Shown here piece by piece: positions 7,956 to 15,731 of a stretch of DNA of 64,000 nt (positions within the stretch are counted from its first letter, which is position 1; the number at the start of each line of letters is the position of its first letter). The position numbers and the translations under genes were made by a program. The notes beneath the pieces are model-generated. The model did not search any database and had not been told where the DNA came from. It saw only the letters and a program-made list of their open reading frames with translations. Source of the stretch: Chloroflexota bacterium (lineage in GTDB: Bacteria; Chloroflexota; Anaerolineae; Anaerolineales; Villigracilaceae); assembly GCA_024224815.1 (NCBI GenBank), contig JAAENC010000726.1:3774-67773 (forward strand), given 5' to 3'.

Positions 7956-10871
7956 TTATTCTTTCAATTTCTCCAGCAACGCCTCTGCCTCATCATAAGC
8001 AACCTTATAATGATGCGGTGGCCCATCATCACAATGCGCCAAATCTTTCGCTTTTTGCGCGTATTCTCTTGCCAGTTCTTTCGGCGCTTGCTCTTCACTC
8101 GTCACGCCATCACTCGTCAAAACCCCTTCTAATGCAAGTTCAGCTAGGAATAAATTAACATCCGCCCCCTGCAAAACATAGCCGCTGCGCTCGGTGATGA
8201 TGAGCGCTTCTTTCGCTAATCTTAAGGCTTCTTCGCTCTCGTTCTGTGTATAACGCAATTTAGAAACTTCAAGCAAAATATCGGCTTCATGCTCAACATT
8301 ATTGATCGCCCGGCAACGTTGAAGGCTCTCGCTGAGATGCTTTTCAGCTTTTTCTAATAGCTCGGTGGCTGAGCGCGGAGCAGTCGAAGCCATTGCCCGA
8401 TAAGATGCCCCTAGCATCCAGTGGGCGCGCACATAATCACGCTCCATTGGATATCGCGTTCTTGCCCATTCATCTGCCAATTCCAGCGCACGCTGCGCGG
8501 ATTCAGTTGCCTGTTGGCAGTATTCCCTTTTCAGTTTGGCATTATCTGTCTCACGAGCTATCAGCAGGGCGCGCAGGGAGCGGTATGCAAGAATTACACT
8601 TTGAGCTTGAACATGGTTTGATTTCTTTTTTATAGTTGCAGCAGCATCTAGCATTTCATTGCTTTCATTCCAATTACCAAGATAGATTAGCGTGTGTGCT
8701 AGAAAATATTGCCAAGTTCCAACTTTTTCTTCATCTTCAATCTCGCGGCAGAGATCAATGCTGCGGCGCAGATTGCGCTCCGCATCGCCCAGCGCGCCGA
8801 TATGGATCTGTGCCATGTATGCCACGTTCCCCAGCCCTGCGGCGAGATTTTTCTTATTACCCGCTTTTTCGTAAATATCATTGTGCATCTCAAAAAGCGG
8901 AACCGCGCGGCGCGGCTCGCCGTTCAGGGCAGAGGCATTGGCGAGGGTGTTGAGTGTCCATGCTTGAGCGCTTTCTTCCTTTAATTTTAGTGGTTTATCT
9001 TCACCACCAATAAATAAAGCTCTCATTAGCTCAATAATTTGCTGATATGCACCTAATTGAAAATACAAGGGATTTGTTAAACGATCTCTGAAGAGTTCTC
9101 TCGCTTCATCAAACTGCCCCGCTCTGACCATGTGATGATAAAGTTCTATAACGGGGGCGAGATCGTTCAGGCTGGTGATCTTTTCTTTTTCGGGTACCGC
9201 TTCAAAATAATCTTTTAAACGGTTATGGGCGGCCGTTCGGTCGGGGGCAGTTAAACGCTCGTAGGCGTAGCGGCGTACGATGGGGTGGAGATCGTATTTG
9301 TTGTCGGCTTTGTCCCAGTGTAATAAACCGCGTTCTTCGAGTTCTTTTAGTTGGTCGTCTGATTCGTCGTAGGGGCGACCCGTTTTGGTTGAATCCGATT
9401 CGCCGTTTTTAAGAGAAGGGTCGCCCTGAATATCAACGCTATCCCCATCGCTGGATGGGTCGCCCCTACCCATGATAGATTGGAGGGCTTCATAACTCGT
9501 TGGCGAGCGGAAACAAGCAATCGTACTCAGCAGTTTGGCTTCTTCGGGTGAGAGAGAGTTATAGGCAATTTCAAGAACGTGGTGTTTGTTCTGAATAATA
9601 TCTTCGGTGATATTCAATTCTCTGGCAACAGCAATATCATTTGGTTTACGGCGGTTTCCGAGAATATAGCCTGCCAAGATTCGTAAACTGAGAGGATGAT
9701 ATTGATAGGGTGTACAGGCAGATTCAATTTCAGAGCGTGTGCCGCGAATACCTTGCACTTTGAAAAAAGCGACCGCATCATCTTTGTGCATCGCGGCTAA
9801 TTCTTCTTCACGCACGCCTTGTAAAAGTTGCCCATATCGCTCCACTGCACGGGGTGTCAGGCGGGTGGACATCAAAACTTTGGAGCGCAGCATATAGCCA
9901 AAAGCGCCAATGCCCTGCAAAAAAGCATCCGCGTAGGGATTGACACAATCTCGGCTGGAGTCATTGCGATCATTATCAAGTTCATCGCCCTGATAGGCTG
10001 CGCCCATATTTCCATACGCACGCAAGACGCGCTCAAATCCATCGAGAATGAGTAAAATGCCGGGTTGTTGGAGGGCGTTGAGTAAAATATTTGTCTGCTG
10101 GCGGGGATTCATTTTGTCGGCATTGGGAACGCCGAAATCGAGCAGCGTTTCTTTCAGAAAATCATTGAAGCTTGCATCTTCTGCGTAAAAGCTCCACCAA
10201 ACAACTTTGGGCCATTTTTTAGAATCCACATCATGGGTCAGCCAATACCAAGAGAGCGCGCTTTTTCCAAATCCACCGAGGGCGCGCAAAATTAACAGGG
10301 GATGTTCTTTATCGCTATTCAGCCAGCCCGTGAGCATATTCCGCTCCGCACGGCGGCCGGTAAAATGTGCGGGCATCCCGTAAGGGTGCGCTAAAAACCA
10401 GCTTTTGGGAATTTCAGGCTCTTTTTCAGGGGGCGCAGATGTTCCGGGGGTTGGAGCTTTGGGCTTGCCGAGAGCGGTAAAAAGCTGTGACCATGCAATC
10501 TCTTCACGGTCTTCGCGAGTAAAGTCGATATAGGTAAAAATCTGTATATCTTCGGGAATTTCACATTCTTCTTTTAGTAAAGGCACAGTACGCTGTTTAC
10601 TTCCTGCGGGATCATGTAAAAAAGAGAGTAAGCCTTCGAAGGCCGTCCACTCGCTCGCCATCCATGCAGGGGTCATCACCAAAAGAGTGTAAGCACTCTC
10701 TTTAACCGCATCCCGCATATTGGCGCGTGAGGGTTTCCCCGGCACAAAATCACGAAAATCAATGCAGGCTTTAATCCCCGCATCTTCGATGGTCGGCAAA
10801 AGCGTATTCACCACCCAATCCTCGTCCGCGTGGCTGTATGAAATAAAAACATCGTATTTGTAGTCTGTCAT
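7956..10871 (-). CDS. TIR - NB-ARC (STAND P-loop NTPase) - TPR protein
   Basis: 971 aa. N-terminal DVFISYSHADEDWV...MASEWTAFE (TIR). ALGGFGKSAL (Walker A, aa 197-206). GILLILDGFE (Walker B, aa 271-280). C-terminal ~400 aa of TPR-like helical repeats. Confidence 0.85.
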   Translation of the reverse strand: MTDYKYDVFISYSHADEDWVVNTLLPTIEDAGIKACIDFRDFVPGKPSRANMRDAVKESAYTLLVMTPAWMASEWTAFEGLLSFLHDPAGSKQRTVPLLKEECEIPEDIQIFTYIDFTREDREEIAWSQLFTALGKPKAPTPGTSAPPEKEPEIPKSWFLAHPYGMPAHFTGRRAERNMLTGWLNSDKEHPLLILRALGGFGKSALSWYWLTHDVDSKKWPKVVWWSFYAEDASFNDFLKETLLDFGVPNADKMNPRQQTNILLNALQQPGILLILDGFERVLRAYGNMGAAYQGDELDNDRNDSSRDCVNPYADAFLQGIGAFGYMLRSKVLMSTRLTPRAVERYGQLLQGVREEELAAMHKDDAVAFFKVQGIRGTRSEIESACTPYQYHPLSLRILAGYILGNRRKPNDIAVARELNITEDIIQNKHHVLEIAYNSLSPEEAKLLSTIACFRSPTSYEALQSIMGRGDPSSDGDSVDIQGDPSLKNGESDSTKTGRPYDESDDQLKELEERGLLHWDKADNKYDLHPIVRRYAYERLTAPDRTAAHNRLKDYFEAVPEKEKITSLNDLAPVIELYHHMVRAGQFDEARELFRDRLTNPLYFQLGAYQQIIELMRALFIGGEDKPLKLKEESAQAWTLNTLANASALNGEPRRAVPLFEMHNDIYEKAGNKKNLAAGLGNVAYMAQIHIGALGDAERNLRRSIDLCREIEDEEKVGTWQYFLAHTLIYLGNWNESNEMLDAAATIKKKSNHVQAQSVILAYRSLRALLIARETDNAKLKREYCQQATESAQRALELADEWARTRYPMERDYVRAHWMLGASYRAMASTAPRSATELLEKAEKHLSESLQRCRAINNVEHEADILLEVSKLRYTQNESEEALRLAKEALIITERSGYVLQGADVNLFLAELALEGVLTSDGVTSEEQAPKELAREYAQKAKDLAHCDDGPPHHYKVAYDEAEALLEKLKE
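9369..9470. repeat. Palindrome-ended ~100-bp element (GTAGGGGCGACCC...GGGTCGCCCCTAC) lying in frame inside the TIR-STAND CDS
   Basis: Arms at 9369-9381 and 9457-9469, plus an internal GGGTCGCCC at 9418-9426. Encodes aa 468-501, GRGDPSSDGDSVDIQGDPSLKNGESDSTKTGRPY. A sister copy of about the same length lies at 30609-30708. Confidence 0.75.
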
Positions 10872-10930
10872 GGTCTTGCTCCCCGAAATGTCTAAAGTTC
10901 AATGCAATCAGTAGATGAAATTATACGCCA

Positions 10931-10965
10931 AAATAAAAGCGGACTTCCTTAGGAAATCCGCTTTT
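10931..10965 (-). terminator. Intrinsic terminator after the znu/lipoprotein operon
   Basis: Stem GCGGACTTCC/GGAAATCCGC (10939-10948 / 10952-10961) with a 3-nt loop. On the minus strand it is followed by UUUUAUUU. It separates the upstream operon from the TIR-STAND gene. Confidence 0.7.
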
Positions 10966-10996
10966 CACTTATTGCTTATCACTCATCACTAATTCT

Positions 10997-11578
10997 CTAA
11001 CTACAAACCTTCTTATTCTTCAATTGAAATGCTTCTTCTGTGGTTAGAAAATCAAAAAGTGTGCATTTTCCCCTTGTCCAGCCATCATCACCGAGGGTGC
11101 CGAAATCTTCGGGCCAAAAGGATGCGTCTGCTTGGAGGGCGTAGTAAATTTCGGCAAAGAAAGTACCGTCTCCGCGGGGGTAAATGCCAAAACGCTCAAT
11201 CTGAAAGCCTTTGATCTGCCCCGAATCGACCAGTTTTTGCAACTCGGCTTCAAAGATATGCTCTGCGATGGGGTCGAGTGAAAACCCCATTGGCGCATCT
11301 TCCATTTTGACAGCGCCAAAAAGGTCGGGGGCTGCGGCGATAGTAGGAAGAAGTGTTTCTGTTGGCAGCGCAGTTGGCTCAGGTAGGGGCGTTTCTGTCG
11401 GCGCGAGAGTTGCCGTTGGGAGAGGAACTTCTGTTGGAATCTCTGTTGGTGTTTCCGGAGGGATTTTGGTCGGCGTTGCAGCCGGGGCGGGAATTGACGT
11501 CGGCGCGGGCGCGCTTTGGGCTTGGCAGGCAGTAATGAAGAGAATAATGGCGAGAAGGAAGGGGAGAGTTTTTTTCAT
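10997..11578 (-). CDS. Hypothetical lipoprotein with Pro/Thr-rich linker
   Basis: MKKTLPFLLAIILFITAC lipobox, followed by (P/T/A/E)-rich low-complexity sequence and a ~110-aa globular C-terminus. Confidence 0.6.
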   Translation of the reverse strand: MKKTLPFLLAIILFITACQAQSAPAPTSIPAPAATPTKIPPETPTEIPTEVPLPTATLAPTETPLPEPTALPTETLLPTIAAAPDLFGAVKMEDAPMGFSLDPIAEHIFEAELQKLVDSGQIKGFQIERFGIYPRGDGTFFAEIYYALQADASFWPEDFGTLGDDGWTRGKCTLFDFLTTEEAFQLKNKKVCS

Positions 11579-11629
11579 GGCGTTATTTTACCCTTTGATT
11601 ACCCCTTCTATAAATTTTGTTTTGAGAAT

Positions 11630-12484
11630 CTAATGCTCGTGTTCCCCGTCACAGCAGGAGGTGTCGCCGATGGGGAGCATCCCATCTTCGGTGGGGATGA
11701 GTTGCAGGTTCCCGCCGTAGGCTGCAATGAGATTTTCGGGGCGGAGGGCGTCCTCCGCAGGCCCAATGGCGAGAAGATGTTTATTTAAGAGCATAACTTT
11801 GTCGAAACGTTCGGAGGCCATTTTTAGATCGTGCAATGAGATTAGCAGGGTTACATTCTCTTCGCGGAGTTCATCCAGAATCCCGAAAATATTATCCTGC
11901 GATGGAATATCAAGCCCGGTCATTGGCTCATCCATTAACATTAATTCGGCTTCTTGGGCGAGGGCGCGGGCGATAAACATGCGCTGCTGCTGCCCGCCCG
12001 AAAGTTGATCTATTTGCCTTTTTGCGAGATGATCCAATTTGACAACATCGAGGGCGTGATGAACGACATCCCAGTCGTGCGATTTTGGATTGCGAAAAAG
12101 GCCAAGATGCCCGGCGCGCCCCATCATGGCGATGTCGGCGACGGTGACGGGGAAAGTCCAATCGACCTGGCTGCGCTGGGGGACGTAGGCGATGCAGATA
12201 TGCCCGGCAGGCGCGTGTCCAAAAATTTGGATCTCGCCGGAACTTTGCTTTTCTACGCCTGCGATAATTTTGAGCAAGGTGCTTTTCCCTGCGCCGTTTG
12301 GCCCTACAATTGCGACTCGTTCGCCTTCTTGCAAAGAAAAAGAGACACCCTCGAGCGCAGCGCCGTTTTCGTAGCGCATATTGAGTTTTTCAGCGTGCAA
12401 AATCGGCGCGCCTTCTCTATGCTCATGGCGCTGTTGGCGACTTAGGTGTCGGGATGTTTTTTTGAATTCTTTGAAGAGGGACAT
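11630..12484 (-). CDS. znuC: Metal (Zn/Mn) ABC transporter ATP-binding protein
   Basis: GPNGAGKST Walker A, LSGGQQQRMFIARAL signature, LMLMDEP Walker B, His/Cys-rich tail CCDGEHEH. Same strand as the ZnuA-like binding protein and the Zur box. Confidence 0.75.
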   Translation of the reverse strand: MSLFKEFKKTSRHLSRQQRHEHREGAPILHAEKLNMRYENGAALEGVSFSLQEGERVAIVGPNGAGKSTLLKIIAGVEKQSSGEIQIFGHAPAGHICIAYVPQRSQVDWTFPVTVADIAMMGRAGHLGLFRNPKSHDWDVVHHALDVVKLDHLAKRQIDQLSGGQQQRMFIARALAQEAELMLMDEPMTGLDIPSQDNIFGILDELREENVTLLISLHDLKMASERFDKVMLLNKHLLAIGPAEDALRPENLIAAYGGNLQLIPTEDGMLPIGDTSCCDGEHEH

Positions 12485-12499
12485 AAAATGATGAGTGAT

Positions 12500-13018
12500 A
12501 AGTGACGAGTGAATTAGGGCATTGGGGCTTTGTAAATATCTGATGTTGTGTTGACTTTGTAGCTTTCCTTTTCTTCTCGAATGCCTTTTGAATTTCGTTG
12601 TTGTGGAACCATTGTTATGAGCAAGCGAATAATTTGTGTTGTGAGTGACATGCGGTGCTTTATAACTTCTTCGCTCAAAAGATGATGAGCTTTATAATAC
12701 CAATCACGGCTTTCACGTGCAGAGCCTAAAGCGTATTCATAAAATCTGGCTCGGTCACGCCCTGTACTTTTAGAATAACCTTCGGCGATATTAGCACTGA
12801 CAGAGCCGACTGCGCGATAAAGTTGATCTGAAAGTCCACGCATTCGTTGGTCTTGAATGAGTTTTGAAGTGTCATGCCAACAAATCTCAGAGAGAAAAAG
12901 TGCGAGCCTATAAGCTTCAACTTGCCAAAGAGAATCATCAGTAATTTCATTAGGCACAGTTTTTACCCAATTATCATAATTCATCTAAACCCTCGCACTC
13001 ACTTCTCACTCGTCACTT
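12500..13018. repeat. Perfect 13-bp inverted repeats bracketing the four-helix-bundle gene
   Basis: AAGTGACGAGTGA at 12500-12512 and its exact reverse complement TCACTCGTCACTT at 13006-13018. The related GATGAGTGATAA (12490-12501) has its reverse complement at 10978-10989. Confidence 0.8.
12514..12984 (-). CDS. Four-helix-bundle protein (23S rRNA intervening-sequence protein / Avd-like family)
   Basis: 156 aa. SANIAEGYSKSTGRDRARFYEYALGSARESRDWY is the hallmark of the TIGR02436/PF05635-type family. Confidence 0.8.
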   Translation of the reverse strand: MNYDNWVKTVPNEITDDSLWQVEAYRLALFLSEICWHDTSKLIQDQRMRGLSDQLYRAVGSVSANIAEGYSKSTGRDRARFYEYALGSARESRDWYYKAHHLLSEEVIKHRMSLTTQIIRLLITMVPQQRNSKGIREEKESYKVNTTSDIYKAPMP

Positions 13019-13019
13019 T

Positions 13020-13946
13020 TCATTTTAATGCCTTCACAAAGGCATTCGTATTGTATCGCAGGTAGTCAAGATAAGTAGGAGCTTCTTCGCCCAGCGAGCC
13101 TGTATAAAAATAAACCAATTTCACGCCTGTATCTTCGGCGATGCGCTCTGCTAAATTTGGGTTAACTGTTTTTCCTACAAAAATGGCTTTCACATCTAGC
13201 GAGCTGATAATATCTTCTATAGCGGCCAACTCTTGCGCTGAAGGCTCTGAGAGCGAGCTATATCCGGGGATGATTGCGCCCACCATTTCCAGCCCATATT
13301 CGTCCACATAATAGCTGAGCAAGCGATGGTCGGTGACGATTTTTCGTTTTTCAGGCGGGATTTGCTCTATCTGCTCACGGATCCAAGCGTCGATTTCTTC
13401 TAATTCCAATATATAAGCAGCGGCATTCTCGGCATAACTTTCTGCATTGGCAGAATCGACTGAAACGAGTGTTGCTTCGATAGTCTGCACCCAAAGCATG
13501 ACATTATTTGGATCTGTCCAAGTATGCGGATCGCCCTCCTCCCCTTCGTGGTCGTGGTCTTCATCGTGATCTTCGGCTTCATCTTCTGGATGCTTAAGCA
13601 ACTCAATCCCATGCGAGACCATCACTGTACGCTCTGCCGCATCAGCACTGACCAATAAATCATCTATAAAATCTTCCAGTCCCGCACCATTTGCAAAAAC
13701 AATATCTGCCTCGGCGACTTTGGCAATATCCTGTGGCGTTGGGTCAAAAGAATGTGGGTCTGTCCCTTCGGGGAGCAGAATCTGCACATCCACAAGATCG
13801 CCGCCGACTTCGCGGACGATATCCGCGACGATATTTGTTGTGGCTACAATATTTACTTTGCCAGAATCGACAGTTGGGGAGGCTGGAGCAATACAGGAAG
13901 CAAGAAAAAGGCTTGCCATTAAGAAAAATACTATTTTTTTATTCAT
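13020..13946 (-). CDS. znuA: Zinc ABC transporter substrate-binding lipoprotein (ZnuA/TroA family)
   Basis: Lipobox LFLASC. Acidic/His-rich loop HPEDEAEDHDEDHDHEGEEGDPH typical of ZnuA. DPHSFDP and DPHTW metal-ligand motifs. Confidence 0.85.
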   Translation of the reverse strand: MNKKIVFFLMASLFLASCIAPASPTVDSGKVNIVATTNIVADIVREVGGDLVDVQILLPEGTDPHSFDPTPQDIAKVAEADIVFANGAGLEDFIDDLLVSADAAERTVMVSHGIELLKHPEDEAEDHDEDHDHEGEEGDPHTWTDPNNVMLWVQTIEATLVSVDSANAESYAENAAAYILELEEIDAWIREQIEQIPPEKRKIVTDHRLLSYYVDEYGLEMVGAIIPGYSSLSEPSAQELAAIEDIISSLDVKAIFVGKTVNPNLAERIAEDTGVKLVYFYTGSLGEEAPTYLDYLRYNTNAFVKALK

Positions 13947-13958
13947 AAAACACCTTAT

Positions 13959-13973
13959 TGAAAATCATTTTCA
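13959..13973. promoter_or_regulatory. Zur-box-like operator
   Basis: Perfect 7-1-7 palindrome TGAAAATCATTTTCA, 13 nt upstream of the znuA ATG. It matches the TGAAAATNATTTTCA-type Zur box described for actinobacterial Zur regulons. Confidence 0.7.
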
Positions 13974-14032
13974 TTTAGGTGGGTAGTTTACCTTTCGCAA
14001 CCTATGGTGTCAAGAAAAGAGCATAAGAAAAA

Positions 14033-14191
14033 TCTCAGAGACTGTTTAAAAAGGGGCTGTGTAGAGTGCGTCGCACCTAAACGATGGGCACTCTGCTGAT
14101 AAAATGGCAAAAAATCTGTCTCTAGGCATTTTTCTCGTCAACTTAGGTGCGACGCACTCCTTCGCTCAGACTTATTAAACAGTTTCTCAGA
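14033..14191. repeat. MITE-like ~159-bp element of the GTGCGTCGCACC family (copy 2; near-identical to 41774-41931)
   Basis: Outer inverted repeats TCTCAGAGACTGTTTAA / TTAAACAGTTTCTCAGA. Inner arms GTGCGTCGCACC (14066-14077) / GGTGCGACGCAC (14146-14157). By eye it aligns end to end with the copy at 41774-41931, with only scattered substitutions. Confidence 0.85.
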
Positions 14192-14291
14192 AAGATTTTT
14201 TTCATGGTCCAAACCCGAAGGGTTTTAAAGGAAATACCGTTTTTTAAGTATTTAATGAAAAGCTTTCGGCTTTCTATACCCTATTAATAAC

Positions 14292-14300
14292 TGCTATAAT
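14292..14300 (+). promoter_or_regulatory. Extended -10 element TGCTATAAT, possibly giving a leaderless transcript
   Basis: TGCTATAAT ends 6 nt before the ATG at 14307 and no Shine-Dalgarno sequence lies between. The same 9-mer occurs upstream of uvrA (52691). Confidence 0.35.
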
Positions 14301-14306
14301 TTCTCC

Positions 14307-15119
14307 ATGCAAAAATTCACCCGTTGGATAGTCCCTCTCGCCGCCCTCTTTGCTATTGCTGCTTTTCTCTACATCGCCCCGCCCGGGTTGCTCGGCAAAG
14401 CAGATGCTGTTGGCTATGCTATTTGCCATCGAATCGGTGAACGCTCTTTCCACGTTCACGATCGCCAACTCCCCATGTGCGCGCGCGATACGGGTACGTT
14501 CACAAGTGCGGGGCTGACTCTCCTTATCCTTGCCCTCAGCAAGCCAAAACGGGGAGGGATGCCATCCAAGAAAATCGTTGTTGTCTTAATCGCATTTTTT
14601 CTCGCTTGGGCATTCGACGGCTCAAATTCCTATCTCTATCTCATCAAACAGACCTACGCAGGCGCATTGCCGAAAATCCCCAACCTCTATATTCCCAACA
14701 ATACCCTTCGTTTACTGACCGGTACGGGAATGGGGATGGGCATGGGCTCCGTGCTTTTTGCCGCCTTCAACCAAACAGCCTGGAAAGAACAGGATTCCCG
14801 CCCCGCCCTCGGCACATGGCGTGATTTAGGCTTGCTCATTGCAATTCTACTGCTCGTTGCCCTCGGCATTCTCTCCGAATCGATATTTGTGCTTTATCCC
14901 GTTGCTTTTATTAGTGTTTTTGGTGTAATTGCGCTCCTAAGCCTCATCTTCAGCGTGGTTTGGATTATGATCATGAAAACGGAAACAAGCTATAGTTCTT
15001 TAAAAGAAATGTGGCTCGCTCTCGTAGCTGGGCTAACGCTTGCGTTGATTATGCTACTTGCTATAGATTTGCTTCGTATACAATTAACAGGAACATGGGG
15101 CGCTTTCCCTATGGGCTAA
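14307..15119 (+). CDS. DUF2085-family membrane protein
   Basis: 270 aa, multi-TM. CHRIGERSFH...PMCARDTG matches the two conserved Cys motifs of DUF2085. Confidence 0.65.
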   Translation: MQKFTRWIVPLAALFAIAAFLYIAPPGLLGKADAVGYAICHRIGERSFHVHDRQLPMCARDTGTFTSAGLTLLILALSKPKRGGMPSKKIVVVLIAFFLAWAFDGSNSYLYLIKQTYAGALPKIPNLYIPNNTLRLLTGTGMGMGMGSVLFAAFNQTAWKEQDSRPALGTWRDLGLLIAILLLVALGILSESIFVLYPVAFISVFGVIALLSLIFSVVWIMIMKTETSYSSLKEMWLALVAGLTLALIMLLAIDLLRIQLTGTWGAFPMG

Positions 15120-15150
15120 AATGGATTTCTCGAAAAGAAAGGAATAAAAA

Positions 15151-15720
15151 ATGGAACTTCTCTCCGGTATTTTCTCCGCCTTCGGGCTTTCTGCCAGCGC
15201 AGGGTTAAATGCGTATATCCCTTTGCTAATTGTTTCTTTGCTCGCAAAATTTACCGATCTGATCAATCTCAAAACCCCATGGGATACGCTCACAAGCTGG
15301 TGGGTGATCGGCGCTATCGTTGTTTTGGGAACCGTGGAGTTTTTTGCCGATAAGATCCCCGCTGTAAATCATGTAAATGACATTATTCAGAGCTTTGTCC
15401 GCCCGGCGGCCGGAGCAGTTGTCTTTGCCGCAAACGCAGATGTACTCACGGACATTAGCCCGATCCTTTCTATGGTGGCAGGTTTGTTCGTAGCCGGGAG
15501 CGTGCATACAGTCAAGTCCGTTGCCGTCCGCCCTGCGCTTACGGCCGCAACTGCCGGAGCGGGGAATACGCCCGTTAGCATCGCGGAAGATGTTATATCC
15601 ACATTTTTATCGATTTTGGCAGTACTGATTCCCATAATTATTGGTATTATTCTGGTATTGCTCGTCACGACTTTTATTTGGTGGCGATGGCGAAAAGCCA
15701 GTGCTGAGCAAGCAATTTAA
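15151..15720 (+). CDS. DUF4126-like membrane protein
   Basis: 189 aa. N-terminal GLSASAGLNAYIPLLIVSLLA and overall 4-5 TM Gly/Ala-rich architecture. Confidence 0.5.
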   Translation: MELLSGIFSAFGLSASAGLNAYIPLLIVSLLAKFTDLINLKTPWDTLTSWWVIGAIVVLGTVEFFADKIPAVNHVNDIIQSFVRPAAGAVVFAANADVLTDISPILSMVAGLFVAGSVHTVKSVAVRPALTAATAGAGNTPVSIAEDVISTFLSILAVLIPIIIGIILVLLVTTFIWWRWRKASAEQAI

Positions 15721-15731
15721 GGAGAATTGAA

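Noticed and set aside
11211-12445. Plus-strand ORFs of 140 aa and 163 aa.
   Set aside because: They are antisense to the lipoprotein and ZnuC-like genes, whose frames carry canonical lipobox and Walker motifs.
12514-12984. Possibility that the Avd-like four-helix-bundle gene marks a diversity-generating retroelement.
   Set aside because: There is no reverse transcriptase ORF and no template/variable repeat pair anywhere in the window. I therefore treat it as a stand-alone family member.
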